Shown here: positions 37,940 through 50,925 of the stretch, in pieces
Position numbering within the stretch: position 1 is the first letter of the stretch
Layout: every line of letters begins with the position of its first letter
Assembly: GCF_009834535.1 (NCBI RefSeq)
Contig: NC_045697.1
Location: 48,486,001-48,550,000, forward strand
Length of the DNA stretch: 64,000 nucleotides
Source: Camelus ferus
Lineage: Eukaryota
Direction of reading: 5' to 3'
Position numbers and translations under genes: made by a program
Notes under the pieces: generated by a model
The model's input: the letters and a program-made list of their open reading frames with translations, nothing else
Told to the model about the DNA's origin: nothing
Databases searched by the model: none

Positions 37940-38150
37940 GGTGGTTACATACACGGATTCAAGCCAGATCGCCTAAGACCAAACTCCAACTCTACAATTT
38001 ACTAGCTGTGTGACTTTGGGCAAGTTACTAAACCTCTCTGGGGCTCAATCTCCTCATAGGCAACGTCAAGGACAAAAATAGGACCTATATCAGAGAGCTA
38101 ATGTGACAAATAAGTGGGCTAATATATGTAAAGAACTAGCACAGAAGTGA
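37940..38150 (+). mobile_element. MIR SINE
   Basis: ttactagctgtgtgactttgggcaagttactaaacctctctgggctcaatctcctcat. Confidence 0.8.
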
Positions 38151-38619
38151 GCTATAACTATCTCACAGTAATATGATAAACAATAAATAAGAGAAAAGCA
38201 AGCCTGACTTTTCAAAAAGACAGCGGGGAAAGAAAGGAACTTTACACTGACCTGGTTCCATAGTAACCGTTCTACTACTGAGCTCCTGCCCTGTGGGGCA
38301 GTGGACCAGGCCGCTCCAACGAGGCCCATTTGTGCCCTGTCAATCCAGCGCCTGATCTTTCGGCCTCCTGATCCTGAGGCATGTGTTTGGGGGGAATCAG
38401 TGTCCTCCCCTGGGCCCTCTCATCCCCAAGGAGAGGACAAGCAGCTCAAAGTGGTTGCTCCTTCCTGCCTCCCCAGTTCTTGATTTGCAGCTTCATAACA
38501 CCTCCCCCCCATCAGTGGTCCAAGTATGTTTCTTTTTTCTATCAGTTTTCTTTTGCCTTTGGTTTTGATCCTAATACTCCAAGATGATGGGAGGCCTAAC
38601 ACCTCTCCTTTTCCAGCGA

Positions 38620-38950
38620 GGAATGCTTTCTGCCCTGGATTCAGTATATCCAAAGAAATCCTTCCGCCTTCCCCTGTTAAGGAGTTCTGGCCAACATTTC
38701 CAATCTCCTTTTCCCTGTATGTGGTTTCCTTAGAAAATCACATTAATTCTCATGTTTCACTTAACCAACTCTTTCACCCAAGTTTCAGACCAGTCCATCC
38801 AACTGCTTACCATATATTTCCATTTGCTTGTCTAACTAAATGTGTCCAGAAGCAAACTCTTCATCTTGTCCGCAACCCCCACTCCCCTGTACTCCTCAGC
38901 TCAGCGGACAGCACCTCCATCCACACCACTGGCCACGTCAGATGCTGGGA
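38620..38950 (+). mobile_element. Degenerate L2 fragment
   Basis: catccaactgcttaccatatttccatttgcttgtctaac...atgtgtccagaagcaaactcttcatctt. Confidence 0.45.
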
Positions 38951-39474
38951 TCCGACTCGGAGACCTCCACTCCCACCTCCCACACACAATCGAGCACGAA
39001 ATCCTATGCACTTACCCTGTATATTATCATAAACAAATACACGTGCTTCAGGAGAACTATGTGCCCAAACCACTATCCCTGGGTTCAAGATTTAATTACC
39101 CTGATGAAATGGTTTCTTCTCGATGAGTAATGAATCGGCCAAGTGGCTCTGTACTCCCCGTCACATCCTTTCAACAAACCCTCTGCCCTCTCTCCTGCTC
39201 CTGTCCACTCATTATCTACATCCAAAGTTATAAAGATAAGGAAACTTAATCCTTATTTTGCTAGTTTCCATCCTTACAGCAAGGATACCTATTCATATTC
39301 TGTGTGGCCAATGCAAACTTCTTTGGAGTGTAGCCGTATCAAGCAGGGGTGAGTGTGGGGTGGTTAGGGCAAATCAAACCAAGTCCTTATGTTTTCACAT
39401 AATTTTCTTAAGGCATGGGGATATTCCTTTTTACCTGCCACTTTTTCTCCCCGCCCCCATAAATCTCCAGCCAT

Positions 39475-39478
<4 letters not shown>

Positions 39479-39514
<36 letters not shown>
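39479..39514. repeat. (CA)18 microsatellite
   Basis: Perfect CA run. Confidence 0.95.
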
Positions 39515-39516
<2 letters not shown>

Positions 39517-41575
39517 TGACAGAAGTTGACCCTAAAAATTGATGGGAAAAAAATTTTATATAACGTTTTCTACCCACCCAAGCTACCCACTGATCATTCT
39601 TGCAAAACAGCCAATGCCACTGTTCAGGGACAGACTCTCCATGTTATATATGACCAGATACCTACCATATATATTTTTTTCTCTCTCTTGCTATCCATTA
39701 GCCAAAGTTAATTTTCCTTATCTTTCAACCGCCTTTACCAGAACATGTGACAGAACAGAATTTGAAGACCACACAGTCGCTTTCACAACTCCGATAAAGA
39801 TTTCATGAGTTTGAGGATTCTCTCACAGTGGATTCTGATTATCCGTGCTTTTTAGAGCTGATTATCATTACAGTTTGTAATGTGTGGTTGACGGTCTATC
39901 ATCTCCCAAATGTGGGAGAAGTGAATTCTTCTCTTTCCAGTGCTACAGAAAACTTGGTTTCCCTTCTTCTCTAGACCTCTTTCCTTCTTCACTAAAGAGC
40001 ACAGGCAGCAAAACAAGGAGGCCCTTGGACCACGAAGAGTTAATCGTGCTGTTAAACAAAACAGGAAACCTTACCAGATCTCTTTTCCTGCCTCCTTCTA
40101 GCTAGCCTGGTCCCAGGCAGATAATGATGCAGGAATGCTGACATGTCCGAAGCCTACATAAACAAACTGGGGCATTCTTGAAGTCTTGCATCGATGGCAA
40201 AAAAGCTTGCCTAATCCTCAAAGTAGTAAAAATAATCACAGGTTTAGAGAAACAGCATATCCCTTCCCATATGTTTACATATTGATACAAAAATGCATAT
40301 CCCACTTCTAATTTTCTGGTGGAAGAGACCCTGTCTGACTATTTTTTAAACAACAGTCATTTGCGTTGTAGTCAGGAGTGTTCTCTTGGGGCACAGAGTT
40401 CTAAATGCCACTTAAAGAGGTTATGCAACAGCTGTCAAGAAATTTCACAAGAAAAAAAATATTTGGTATCTAGGTTAGGTTAATATCATACTTCCTCTCT
40501 TCTGAGTCTCCTTGGAAACTATCATTTGGCCCAAATGAGTTAGATAATTTCTTAAAGAGGCCTCCAGCTGCAAATGTGTGGATGGGCGATGCACTGGCCA
40601 CCTGCTGCTCAGGGCTGGCGAGTGAAAACCAAGCAGACTGAGGGCAAGTCCCCGTGTCGGGGAGAAGTCCAACGTAGAGGCAGTACTGAGGCAGCGACTC
40701 TGAGCTGGAATCGTTCATGGAATCTTAGCAGCAAAATGCCAGAGACCAGTTCTTATTCCTGCAGGAAGGGATCTTGAAAAGGTCCAGCCGCTGTCTTCCC
40801 ACTGGAGAGTGCACAAGCATGGCATTCCCCAACTCCAGGGAGAAATCTGCACAGGCCAGAGGTGCAGACCTGCCTTGCTCTAATGGTGCATGGTGACTGC
40901 ACAAGGACCCAGAGCCCCGGGCTCTCTCCTTGGCTCCAAGAATGTCCTTGTGCTCTTTGGCTTGTCACCAGGTTTTTCTCTTCATCTGTTTCACTGGGCA
41001 TTACCAACAGCCTTCAGGCAGGAACCTCTCCATCGTTCCACAGCACTGAGGTCATAAATTAAGAGCAACTGCTCAGCTGCAGGGGCTGAGCTTAGCTATC
41101 CCCCACTCCAACACAATGTATGGATAGTCCATTTTGACAGACGCAAAATACAATCTTTCTTATTGTGTCTAACAATTGCTCCTGTTATTGAGGCCAATGT
41201 TTACTGAAGAGCATTTAAATTGCTCTACAGATAAAACAGAGCTCAGTGCTCCGCTAGAGCATGAGTTAAATATTTCTCTGTCATTACTATGTGCTCACAT
41301 TCATATCACAGACAGAGTATAGCTAGACAATACACAGCTCTAGATGAAAATAGTTCAAATTCCTCTTTTAAAAACACACACAAATAACATACACTGTTTT
41401 GAGTAAAATGAAAACAAACAAACAAACAAAAACCTGGTACTAATGAAGTTTCTGAGCCAGAAGCAAACATAATGTAACTTCATGATTTGGTGTCTTATTC
41501 CTATTAAGCTGTCACTACAGAAAGATGTCTCTGGAAGCCTCCTTCTGGAATTATCTTTGGGCCTGGGACAGTTTT

Positions 41576-42003
41576 CCTTTTTTTTTTTTTCCATTTGAAG
41601 TATAGTCAGTTTACAATGTTGTGTCAATTTCTGGTGTACAGCATAATGTTTCCGTCATACCTATACATACATATGTTCCTTTTCATATTCTTTTTCATTA
41701 TAGGTTACCACAAAATATTGAATATACCCTGTGCTATACAGTAGAAACTTGTTTATCGCTTTTATGTGGAATAGTTACTATCTGCAAATCCCAAACTCCC
41801 AATTTATTCCTTCCCACTCCCCACCCCTGTAACCCTAAGTTTTTCTATGTCTGTGAGTCTGTTTCTGTCTTGTAAATAAATTCATTTGTGCCTTTTTTTT
41901 TAGATTCCACACATAAATGATATTGTATGGTATTTTTCCTTCTTTTTCTGGCTTACTTCACTTAGAATGACAGTCTCCAGGTCCATCCATGTTGCTACAA
42001 ATG
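41576..42003 (-). mobile_element. 5'-truncated lineage L1 with perfect 18-bp TSD
   Basis: ttgaagtatagtcagtttacaatgttg...ccatccatgttgctacaaatg; TSD tgggcctgggacagtttt at 41558-41575 and 42004-42021; TT/AAAA target on -. Confidence 0.9.
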
Positions 42004-42513
42004 TGGGCCTGGGACAGTTTAATTTTAACTTTCTTAAACTTCTTTTGAAGGCGAATGTAAATATTTAAAATGATCATAAGGCATTTAAAGTTAGGATCAG
42101 TGAACAGGACGAGTGACCTTGTAGAGCGTGAACAATCTACAGGGACTGAGATGAACACGTAGGTATACACCAGGAAGTTTTAGGGATTAACAGCTTCCTT
42201 CAAATAAGGGCTTCCAGCAACTCAGAGAAAAGAGCCAAGCGTGCTCGGCTTTATAAACTGAGCGTGTGTGTTTTATAAAAGTAAAACCTCACTGTGTTAT
42301 TTTATAATTAGATCGTCAAGTTTATATAAACCAGTTTTAGTGAATGAGTACACAAGACTGACTTACAGCTAACAGCTTCTGTCTACATACAAACTATTAG
42401 ACCAAAATCCTGAAAAAAATATTTTATTTCTTAAGCAGGTTAAATATGTCTTTCTTCTATGTGGACATAAAAATTTGTTGTATATATTATCTAATTAGCT
42501 TATTTAGCAAACC

Positions 42514-42654
42514 CTGGCTAGAGAGAGGGTGACCTGAATTCCCCACTAGACTCCACTGAAATCACCATCATTATTCAGACTCAATACAGCCATTCTGCAC
42601 CCAGCGGGCCACCCAACTCCAAGCAGCCTACAGGAAGACCTAGCCAACGTACAA
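42514..42654. repeat. 141-bp direct repeat, copy 1
   Basis: Ungapped match to 45616-45756 with 9 mismatches by manual alignment. Confidence 0.92.
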
Positions 42655-43229
42655 AGACTCACAGGGCCTCACATCGCGGCACTAGCATCGATATTAAGAT
42701 CCTGTGCCAGCTGGAAATTACAATTTCTCCAACTGATCTTTCATTAAAAATGCTTTCTTCACTTTGGGGTTTTAGGAACTGATACTACTGTTGCCAAAGC
42801 CACCAAAACACAGGATAACCTCCTATTATTACCACATCCCTCCTCCAGGCTTAGCCTTTCACAACGCCCTTCCTTAGATCCCCCACCTCAGAAGAGACTG
42901 AATGCAGTATCCCCTCGGAAGAGATCTGAGAGTATCTAGAGTAATTCCCTAAGAGTGAGATAAACTGCCGATGGCCCAAAGCTGGTCATCGGCAGAATCT
43001 AGACTAAAACCCGGGTCTCTTAAATCTGTGGCTTCTTGGACAGAATCATGTTGACTCTGAGTTTTCACTCAGATCTATAAGAATTTGGGGATTAAGTCAA
43101 ATATCCCAATCTGCCTAAGAGACTAGGAAAGCATGACAGATGCTCATTCCAAACTCCTCTTACTTTGTAATGCCTTTTTTTGGGGAGGAGGAGGGCAGAG
43201 TTAAAAACAACAACAACAACAAAAACAAA

Positions 43230-43650
43230 ACCAGAAAGTACATTTTCCAGACTCTCTTGCAGCTAGTGTTCTGGATATGGTCTACTTTCTGCCAAGCGGA
43301 TGCAACCATACAAGGCCTGGAAGCAGAGAGAGAGCAACACAAGGCAGAGGCCACATGCAGGGAGAGAGGTTCTTCTTGGAAATGATGGTGAGGCATTTGG
43401 TTACCTGGGACCCCAGGTAGAGGTTGTAGAGACCTCTCCCCAGTGTCACAGGTATATATAAGGTCGTTGGTGGCAGGGGTTCTGCTAACTGTCCTGTCAA
43501 GTGGGTGATTCTCTGGATTGCTTTTCCAGGTGGGAAAGCCCCCAACCTGGTTCCATGACTCTTCTGGAAAAATGCCCTAAGCTTATTCCTTGTAACAAAT
43601 CCCTTTTCTGCTTATAGTACCTGGAATCAATTATACTAGCTGATTCTGAC
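43230..43650 (+). mobile_element. Old ERVL LTR fragment (LTR33-like)
   Basis: tacattttccagactctcttgcagctag...aaatcccttttctgctta. Confidence 0.5.
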
Positions 43651-43819
43651 TCTAGGAAGAACATTAGAAGAAAATTTCTCAAAGGACAAGAATGTCTTAT
43701 CTTTTAGGTGATAGGAGACCAAGCCCCATAACTAGCGAACATTTTGTCTTTGCATTTACCCGGGATGGATCCTGCTAGCTCCCCACCCATTTATATCCCC
43801 ACAAAATCCCAAGAGGTAC

Positions 43820-44015
43820 CTGTCATCTTTATTTATCTGGTCTCCAAATCCCACGGTGTCAACGATGGTTAACTTCAGCCGTACATTGCTTTCCTGAAGC
43901 TCATAACTTCTGGCTTTTAACCGGACACCTGGTTCATTGTGAGTGGCTGGATCATTTTCAAATTTGGTGTTGAACAAAGTGTCCATTAACGTGGATTTGC
44001 CGATGCCTGTCTCAC
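43820..44015 (-). CDS. SEPTIN11: Septin 11 exon 3 ([10 protein letters not shown]-loop...[13 protein letters not shown])
   Basis: 196 nt; acceptor tctag, donor AG|GTACCT; G1 and G3 GTPase motifs. Confidence 0.97.
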
Positions 44016-44559
44016 CTAGATGACCACGAGGAGGAAATCAGAGAACGTGTCAGTGTCTCTGAGACACCAGCTCACCAAGTTTTTCATAATCATGTTAGTA
44101 AAAAGTTTTTGAAAAGTCAGTATCCCCAGATATCAAAAGACAGTTCTTTCCATGGGTGATTTATGGGATACCTCCCTAGAAATGCCTTAATGAATCTGAA
44201 AAACCCTTTAGCCGAAAAAATCTTGAACTTACAGATGAAGATGCTCTTCCTCACCTCTGAATAGAGAAATGGAACCCATGTAAGCTTGCTTGCAGTCAGT
44301 TTGTGGTCATTACAAAGATATAAACGCTGGTGTGTAAAACTCTTACTTTAAAATAAAAAACAACTATATTGCTGAGTTTCTGTTACCAGGAAAATTAAAA
44401 AGACTGATTCCATTTACGCTGAATTATCTGATACCCTCTAACGTTGTAGAAAAGAATTACATTTTTCAAAACAACAATCTTGACAAGCAGCAGCAGTGAC
44501 AACTAACCCAGCTACAGCTGCGGAGCCCTGACTTTATGTCAGGTCTAGGGTGGGCACGA

Positions 44560-44725
44560 CCTCATCTAAACCCTGGTAGTTCTCCCTGTGAAGTAGGTCC
44601 TACTGTCTCCTCTCTTTTACAGATATGGCACTAAGGCTTACATAAGGTGCAAGTAACTTGCCTAAAGTCATGACTGTTGAGTGGCAGAGCCAGGGTTCTA
44701 ACCCAAGTATGTGTGGCTCTAATAC
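44560..44725 (-). mobile_element. MIR SINE fragment
   Basis: ttttacagat...actaaggct...aagtaacttgcctaaagtca...gtggcagagccagggttctaaccca. Confidence 0.7.
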
Positions 44726-45615
44726 CCACATTCAACCAACACAGCAGTCTGACTTCACTATTACAGAGAAGGCTGACTGCCTGATATTTTCAGTTATGGT
44801 TATGAATCTGTGAGAATCCTCCCGATTATCTCCATTTTTATTTCCCGATTCAGCAGATGGCAAGCATCTGTTATATTTCCCAGTTTCAGGCTGATGTTTG
44901 TGACGATGAAACTGAATGATGTTAAATGACCTGCACTGATGGCCTTGTTAATTCACACTGCTCAGTCAAGTCGGTAAGTGTTCACTGAGCCCCTAATATA
45001 TGCAAAGCAGAGTGGCAGGTACCTGGTACCACTCTTTCCAATCAAACTGTAAGACCCAAACGTGGAGGCATGGAGAACTTTAGCCTGACCATCAAAATAA
45101 GACCAAGAAAAATCTTTTCTTAATACCAATTCTTATGTTGAGTCAGAAATAGTTGGCAGTGAGAAAGAACCCACCCTTGTTGGTGATGGTGATGGTGGTA
45201 GTGGTTGAGTATGTGATGGTAGAAAGCGGGGGTAGAAATCAAGAAACATTATCCATAGGAATACATTTTTTTTAAATCTGGAAAATTTCCCAATTAGATT
45301 TTCAGCTCAGTTTAAACATACCAATATATTGCAGCCCTTTTAACAAATCCCAATCCTACGATGTTCCTAGGAACAGTACCTCTCTTCTGAAGGATTTCCA
45401 TAATGACTTTTAGGATGTGATGATTCCATTGTTGTGGGGGAGGGGCAGCTCTGGGATTTGTAGCCATAGGGCAACTCTCCCACTGTAATGACAAAATCCA
45501 CTTACTAATCCGGAGTCCTATATTACTCATTGCTTTCCAATGAAAGTGAAGTAGGTTGGAATCTTTCTGGATTTGATCTTTCCCTAATTAGAAGCCTTAT
45601 GTGGTTCGCCACTCA

Positions 45616-45756
45616 CTGGCTGGAGAGAGGGTGACCTGAATTCCCCACTAGACTCCACTGAAACCACTATCATTATTCAGACTCAACACAGCCATTCTGC
45701 ACCCAGCGGGCCACCCAACTCCAAGCAGTCTACAGGAAGACCCAGCTGATGTACAA
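45616..45756. repeat. 141-bp direct repeat, copy 2
   Basis: Ungapped match to 42514-42654. Confidence 0.92.
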
Positions 45757-48700
45757 GTACCTTTGCCTGACTCTTTAGCTTTTCCCATTGGTCCCAATAC
45801 ATCTAAGATCAAAGAATTTCCCCCTTTATCAGTCTTTGTTCAGCCAGTATTTTCTTCCAGCTCTGTGCCAAGTTCTGGGAATACAACAATGAACTGGCCT
45901 GATACAGTGTGCTCCCATAGCTTAGACTCTGACCTGGAATATGACTGAATACCAGCCAGACTCTAATTTATTATTATGGGAATGATATTGTAAATGTCTG
46001 TCATAACCACATTTCTCTTCCTGGACTTTGCTAGTGACTACAGGTAATTGGACCAGGGCTATCCCCCTTCCCAGAGGCACCCATGAGAGCCCCATCATTA
46101 TGCTGTGACAGTGCTCCAACCTGAACAATGACCTGCCTATCCAATCAGAATTTCTCTCTTTGGGAGTTCAAACCTGCAAACAGCACAATGGCATGAAAAA
46201 GAAAAGATATACTGAAAAAAGTGAATAAGCAAATGCCAGGAGGCAGCAAAGACTGTAAATAGAGGACATGTTGGCAGATCATTAGCTGGGAATATAAGAG
46301 AAAGAGAGCAGATAGATAGAGTAGACATTAGTATCTGAAATTCATTCACTAATAATACTTGAGTATTTACTATGTGACAAGCATAGGTGCTGGGGAGAAA
46401 ATGGGTAAAAAACAGCAAGTGATGCTTCTTGAACTCCTGTAAAACCCTGCGTGTCATTCCAGATCTCCAGGAAGTCTGGTGGTGTAGCAGTTGAGACTTT
46501 TCCAGTCTTCCTTACTTTCTTTAATCTGCTTACAAAAAGGCCCGTCAATAAGAGAAACCTAAACTAGTCTTGGCTCCCTAACATGTCACAGCTCAGCAAG
46601 CACATATCCACGACTCGCGGCTTAACAAAGTAACTCTGAGCAAAACGAAGTTATTACGCACTGGCTGCAGAAACAAAACAGTGTTCTCACACACACGATC
46701 TGTAGACCCTGGTGCGCAAGTCAATCCCGACAGGACGCCAGTCACTTCAAGTACTTGCTCTATGGGTATCTTTCTCAAATACAGCAAATTTCTTCCTAGG
46801 ATTTACCTATTTTCTGAACAAGGAACAATAGCAGAACTACCTTATAAAGGTTTCTCCATAAGATAAAGGTTCTATCAGTAGAAAGTGACTCATTTAACGT
46901 CCCTCTCTTTCCCTAAGAACCACAATAAAGACTTCAATTTACATGGCAAGGATTCCAGACTACCTGGACACACCTGAAGTTACCATCTCATTTTACTAAG
47001 CTGCGAATTAGTTCAGCATCTGTGAATGAAGAACACTATGCTTTCTTCTTTTTCTTTTTTTTTTTAAGGCAAGGTAATTTTAATTATTATTTGCATTAAG
47101 GTGGAAATTATGAACAATTAGCATTCCAGGCCCTACTTATAGCACAGGGTTAATCAGTGGGTTGGAAAAACCACTGCTCCTCTAAATTTCAGACTGCTTT
47201 GCTTTCCATTTCTATGCTCTGCGCTTTTAAGAGCCTTAATTAGACACAGCTCCTCCAGCGGCAGTGCGAGTCACCAAAAGCAGTTCAGTAAGAAATGACA
47301 GCTTTTGGAATAAAAGGAATTCTAGGACTAGGACAAGTTTCCAATGCATTAGTTGTTGAGCTCAATCTCTACCCTCAGAAAAGAAAGCACTTTCTATACT
47401 TTTGAGGACACACAAGAGCAAAGAGACTTCTTTCGAATTGAGTAACTGAAAGTCTGCTGGGCATAGGTTCCAACTGAAACCAAACAACCATAGAGATATT
47501 TTGAGAAAAATAATGACTAACAGCAACTTTGAAACATTTCAGAACTCCCTAGCAGAGCACCGGGCCCAGAGCAGGCATTTAGCAAAAGTTAACTGAGAAA
47601 GAAAATGATCACGGTGATCATTTATACTGAGATGTGCCACGGTGGTAGATTTTACAGTGTTGTTTCTCCTGTTAAAATTCATCTTCCTAAACAGCTGTTC
47701 GAATCATTGGAGATTTACTCCTGAAGTGCTGTCTGGGGCTTCTGCTTCTCCTTCTCCTGCCAAGGCCAGTGAACGTGACACCCACAGCCCAGGGGAAAGA
47801 AGGCAGGCCTGCCTCTTCCACTCTGTTCTCCAGCTTAGTTCAATCACAAGCTCTTCGTTGGATATTATTAAAAACAAAAGCAAAACAGGACAAAAAAATT
47901 AGAGGATTGCATTATTAATTAGAAGGTAACTGTAAACTGATCAAATCATTGATCTATGACTCAGCATTTTTTCCTCTGATTGCCAAGACTAGCTACTTGG
48001 CTGTTGATTTACATAGTTGAGCATGAAGGTCTGTCTACCTCCTCTAAATATTTTAGATTTTATTCTTGGATGGAGCCAGATAATCAGAGAGCTATGTCAT
48101 GTTGTTTTAACTCCTCACGGAATCGCCTTTGATGAAATGTGCTTTGGCAAATACCACCAGCTGGTGTGAGGGACTTGAAAGACCAGCACGTGACACACAG
48201 CATCACGTGACTCGATGGCACTGATTAGGGGACATTCAGGACCCTAGACATACATGGAGGGACATCCATTGCATGACTCTTATGAAAACTCATGGGAGAG
48301 ATTTTTCCAGGTGAACTGTATTTTCATCTAAAGCAACAGATTTGTTTTCACTTGATAGCTACTACAAAGCTGTCATCATTAAACGTTTAACTTTTTTCTG
48401 GCACATAATATGTGTTCAGTAAATATCTATTGAATGAATGGGTCCCTGCATGCTCTGACCACTGGCTGAGAGGCAAATGTGTTCCTGAGAGAATGAGCTG
48501 CTACAGGCAGGCCTGATGGCTTTGAGTTCTGACTCTAACCTTTGCTTTGCTTTAGTTTCTGGGATTAATTTTATCTGTACCACTTCATAGCCTTTCCTGG
48601 AAAAGCAAGATGGAATAAAAATGTTCAAGATCTGACTGTAAAATTCCACAGTTGATGCTGACACTATAGCTTTGGCTAAAGTGATTTTAAACTTGTCTGT

Positions 48701-50404
48701 TTTCTATTCTTCTTCTGCCCATCCCCTCAAAACAATTATAGTGAAATAATTTTGTTTTTAATTTTATTTTCAAAATGTGTTACTATTTACTTTAACCCTT
48801 CTAGTGAACTGGTTCCTTTTCAAAAGCAGGGCTATCACAATATTTTGTCCAGCTGTTGAGGGAGGTGCACAAAGAACCAGCTGGACCAATGCTGGAGCTT
48901 CTCCTAGAACTGGGGTCATTTTGGAGACTGAACAAGAAAGATCTATACATTTAAAATTGTGGAGAAAGGCTGACTGAGAATTCAGATTCTTTGGAGAAAT
49001 ACAGCGTGAAATAAAGGGTGAAAAAGGCTTTATTTAAACCAAAGTGCAGGTTTGGGTGTGAATTAGTGTGTTGTAGGTAGGATGGAAAGTAGGGGAACTA
49101 TGAACTCTTGGGTGTCTTGTCCCCAGTTTAGCATCAAGAATTCTCTTCCTGGCCAGGTGAACATTACTCTCCTGCTCTTTATGACGTTTCTTTCCAGGAT
49201 TCAGCAGAGGTAGGGTCTAACACCAGACATTAAATTCAGTGCCTCTACAATTAGACTAAGCTGTCAGGAGGATTCGTTTCTGCCCTGGTTTATTTCCTCT
49301 GTTTACAACTTAGATGCTCTCACCACAAAATATATGATTCTAAGACCTCTTTGAAAAACGTCATCAGTTTCCTTACTAGGCTCATAATTCTTTTTGTTAA
49401 ATCCTCAATTCCCTTCCATACTGATCGCATGAAAAGAAAGTCATGATGCTGTAAACACCACACATGTGCATACTGTGTAAAAAATACAAACAGAAGGGCG
49501 ACAAGGAGAAAAGAAAGTACTGGGGAGACTCTTAAGTTAAATATGACACCTAGTCCTCTAAGTGGCTGTCAAAATATTTTGGTGAACTAGAATGCTTTCT
49601 CATAGGTGCTTACTTTAAAAACAGACAGACAGTGAGAGTTGTTTTCTTATACAGATATTTTGCTGTAAAATATTTGGGAAGGGATTTGATGTGTCCTACC
49701 TTATGAGGATAAGCTTAATACTTAATGCTGACACCCTCTCTCCCCAGGAGCTAAAGTTGGCTCAAACCAGAGGTCTCCAGCCAAACCAAAGTGCCACAGA
49801 AAAGAACCTGGACAGCTGGATATACTGAAATGGAAGGATAGGCAGAACTTATGGAGTGGGAAAAAAAAATACAGAAGAATAGGAACAGCATGACCTCATT
49901 TGTGTAAAACCAAAACAAAAAAAGTGCTTATGTAACCGTGAGAGACCTGTTTATGTCTGTCTAGCATGCGCCTCTCCCATGCCCATTCTCCTTTCTCCAT
50001 GTCTTCTTTCCTATGGGAACCTCATGTGTCCCGGGGTGGACGAACCCCGTCTCCCGCACTGGGTGGGCATGACTCAGGCCTGGCTGAGCAGGAAGCCTGG
50101 TCAGGCGTGGCTGAGTCTGTCCTCGGGAGCTGCCGAGCTGGGAACACCACTAGAGGCCATACCACCTCCGCGAAGAAAAAGCCCAAACGCGAAGCCAGGC
50201 AGAAGCCAGCAGGATCCAGAACCAGAGACGGAGCCCTGAAAGCACTCTGACTCCCTGGAGCCAGCTGTTTTTAATTACACAATTCAGTCTGTTACCTCTT
50301 TAGTGTGTTTTGGGGTTGCAGCAGAGCCTTAACTGAGTTTAAACTAGCTTTTTTTCAATTCTCAGTGGAAAACCTCCAACTACAAGAACAGTTGGAGAGA
50401 GATG

Positions 50405-50615
50405 TATCATTGCTGGCTTCAAAGATGGAGGAAAGGGTCCCACAGTTAGGAGGGTGGGCTATCTGTGGCAGACGGAAAAGGCAAGGAAATGTCTTCTCCC
50501 CTTGAGGTTCCAGAAAGGAACACAGCCTTGGCGGATGCCTCAATTTTAGCCCAGGGAGACACATGTGGGACTTCTACAGAACTGTAAGATAATAAAGTGG
50601 TGGTGTTTTCAGCCT
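50405..50615 (+). mobile_element. MaLR LTR fragment (MLT1-like)
   Basis: tgctggcttcaaagatggagg...aaaggcaaggaaa...ttccagaaaggaacacagcc...acagaactgtaagataataaa. Confidence 0.7.
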
Positions 50616-50800
50616 CCAAAAATAATTTCCAAGTACAGAAAAAAAATGTACAAAGTTCCTAAGATTCCAGTGTTACCTCTGTAGAATGGAAATAAGGGTG
50701 GGACAGGAAAAGGGGAAATATTTTATAATATTTTAACAATATATATGTATTGTTTTCAAGAGTTTGAAAAACTAATTTAAAAATGGTTAAGAATGGAACC

Positions 50801-50925
50801 AGTATAGCTCGGTGGTAGAGTGCAGGCTTAGCATGCATGAGGTCCTGGGTTCAATTTTGTTAAAAAAGAAAGAAAGGAAGGAAAGAAGGAAGGAAGGAAG
50901 GAAGGAAGGAAGAAAGAAAGAAAGA
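50801..50925 (+). mobile_element. Truncated Vic-1-like SINE with (GAAG/GAAA)n tail
   Basis: agtatagctcggtggtagagtgcaggcttagcatgcatgaggtcctgggttcaat followed by a purine microsatellite; gaaccag / aaaccag flanks. Confidence 0.78.

Noticed and set aside
42514..42654. 141-bp repeat as a duplicated intronic snoRNA
   Set aside because: On the SEPTIN11 sense strand I see no terminal ACA or properly placed C/D boxes. ANANNA and ACA occur only on the antisense strand with atypical spacing.
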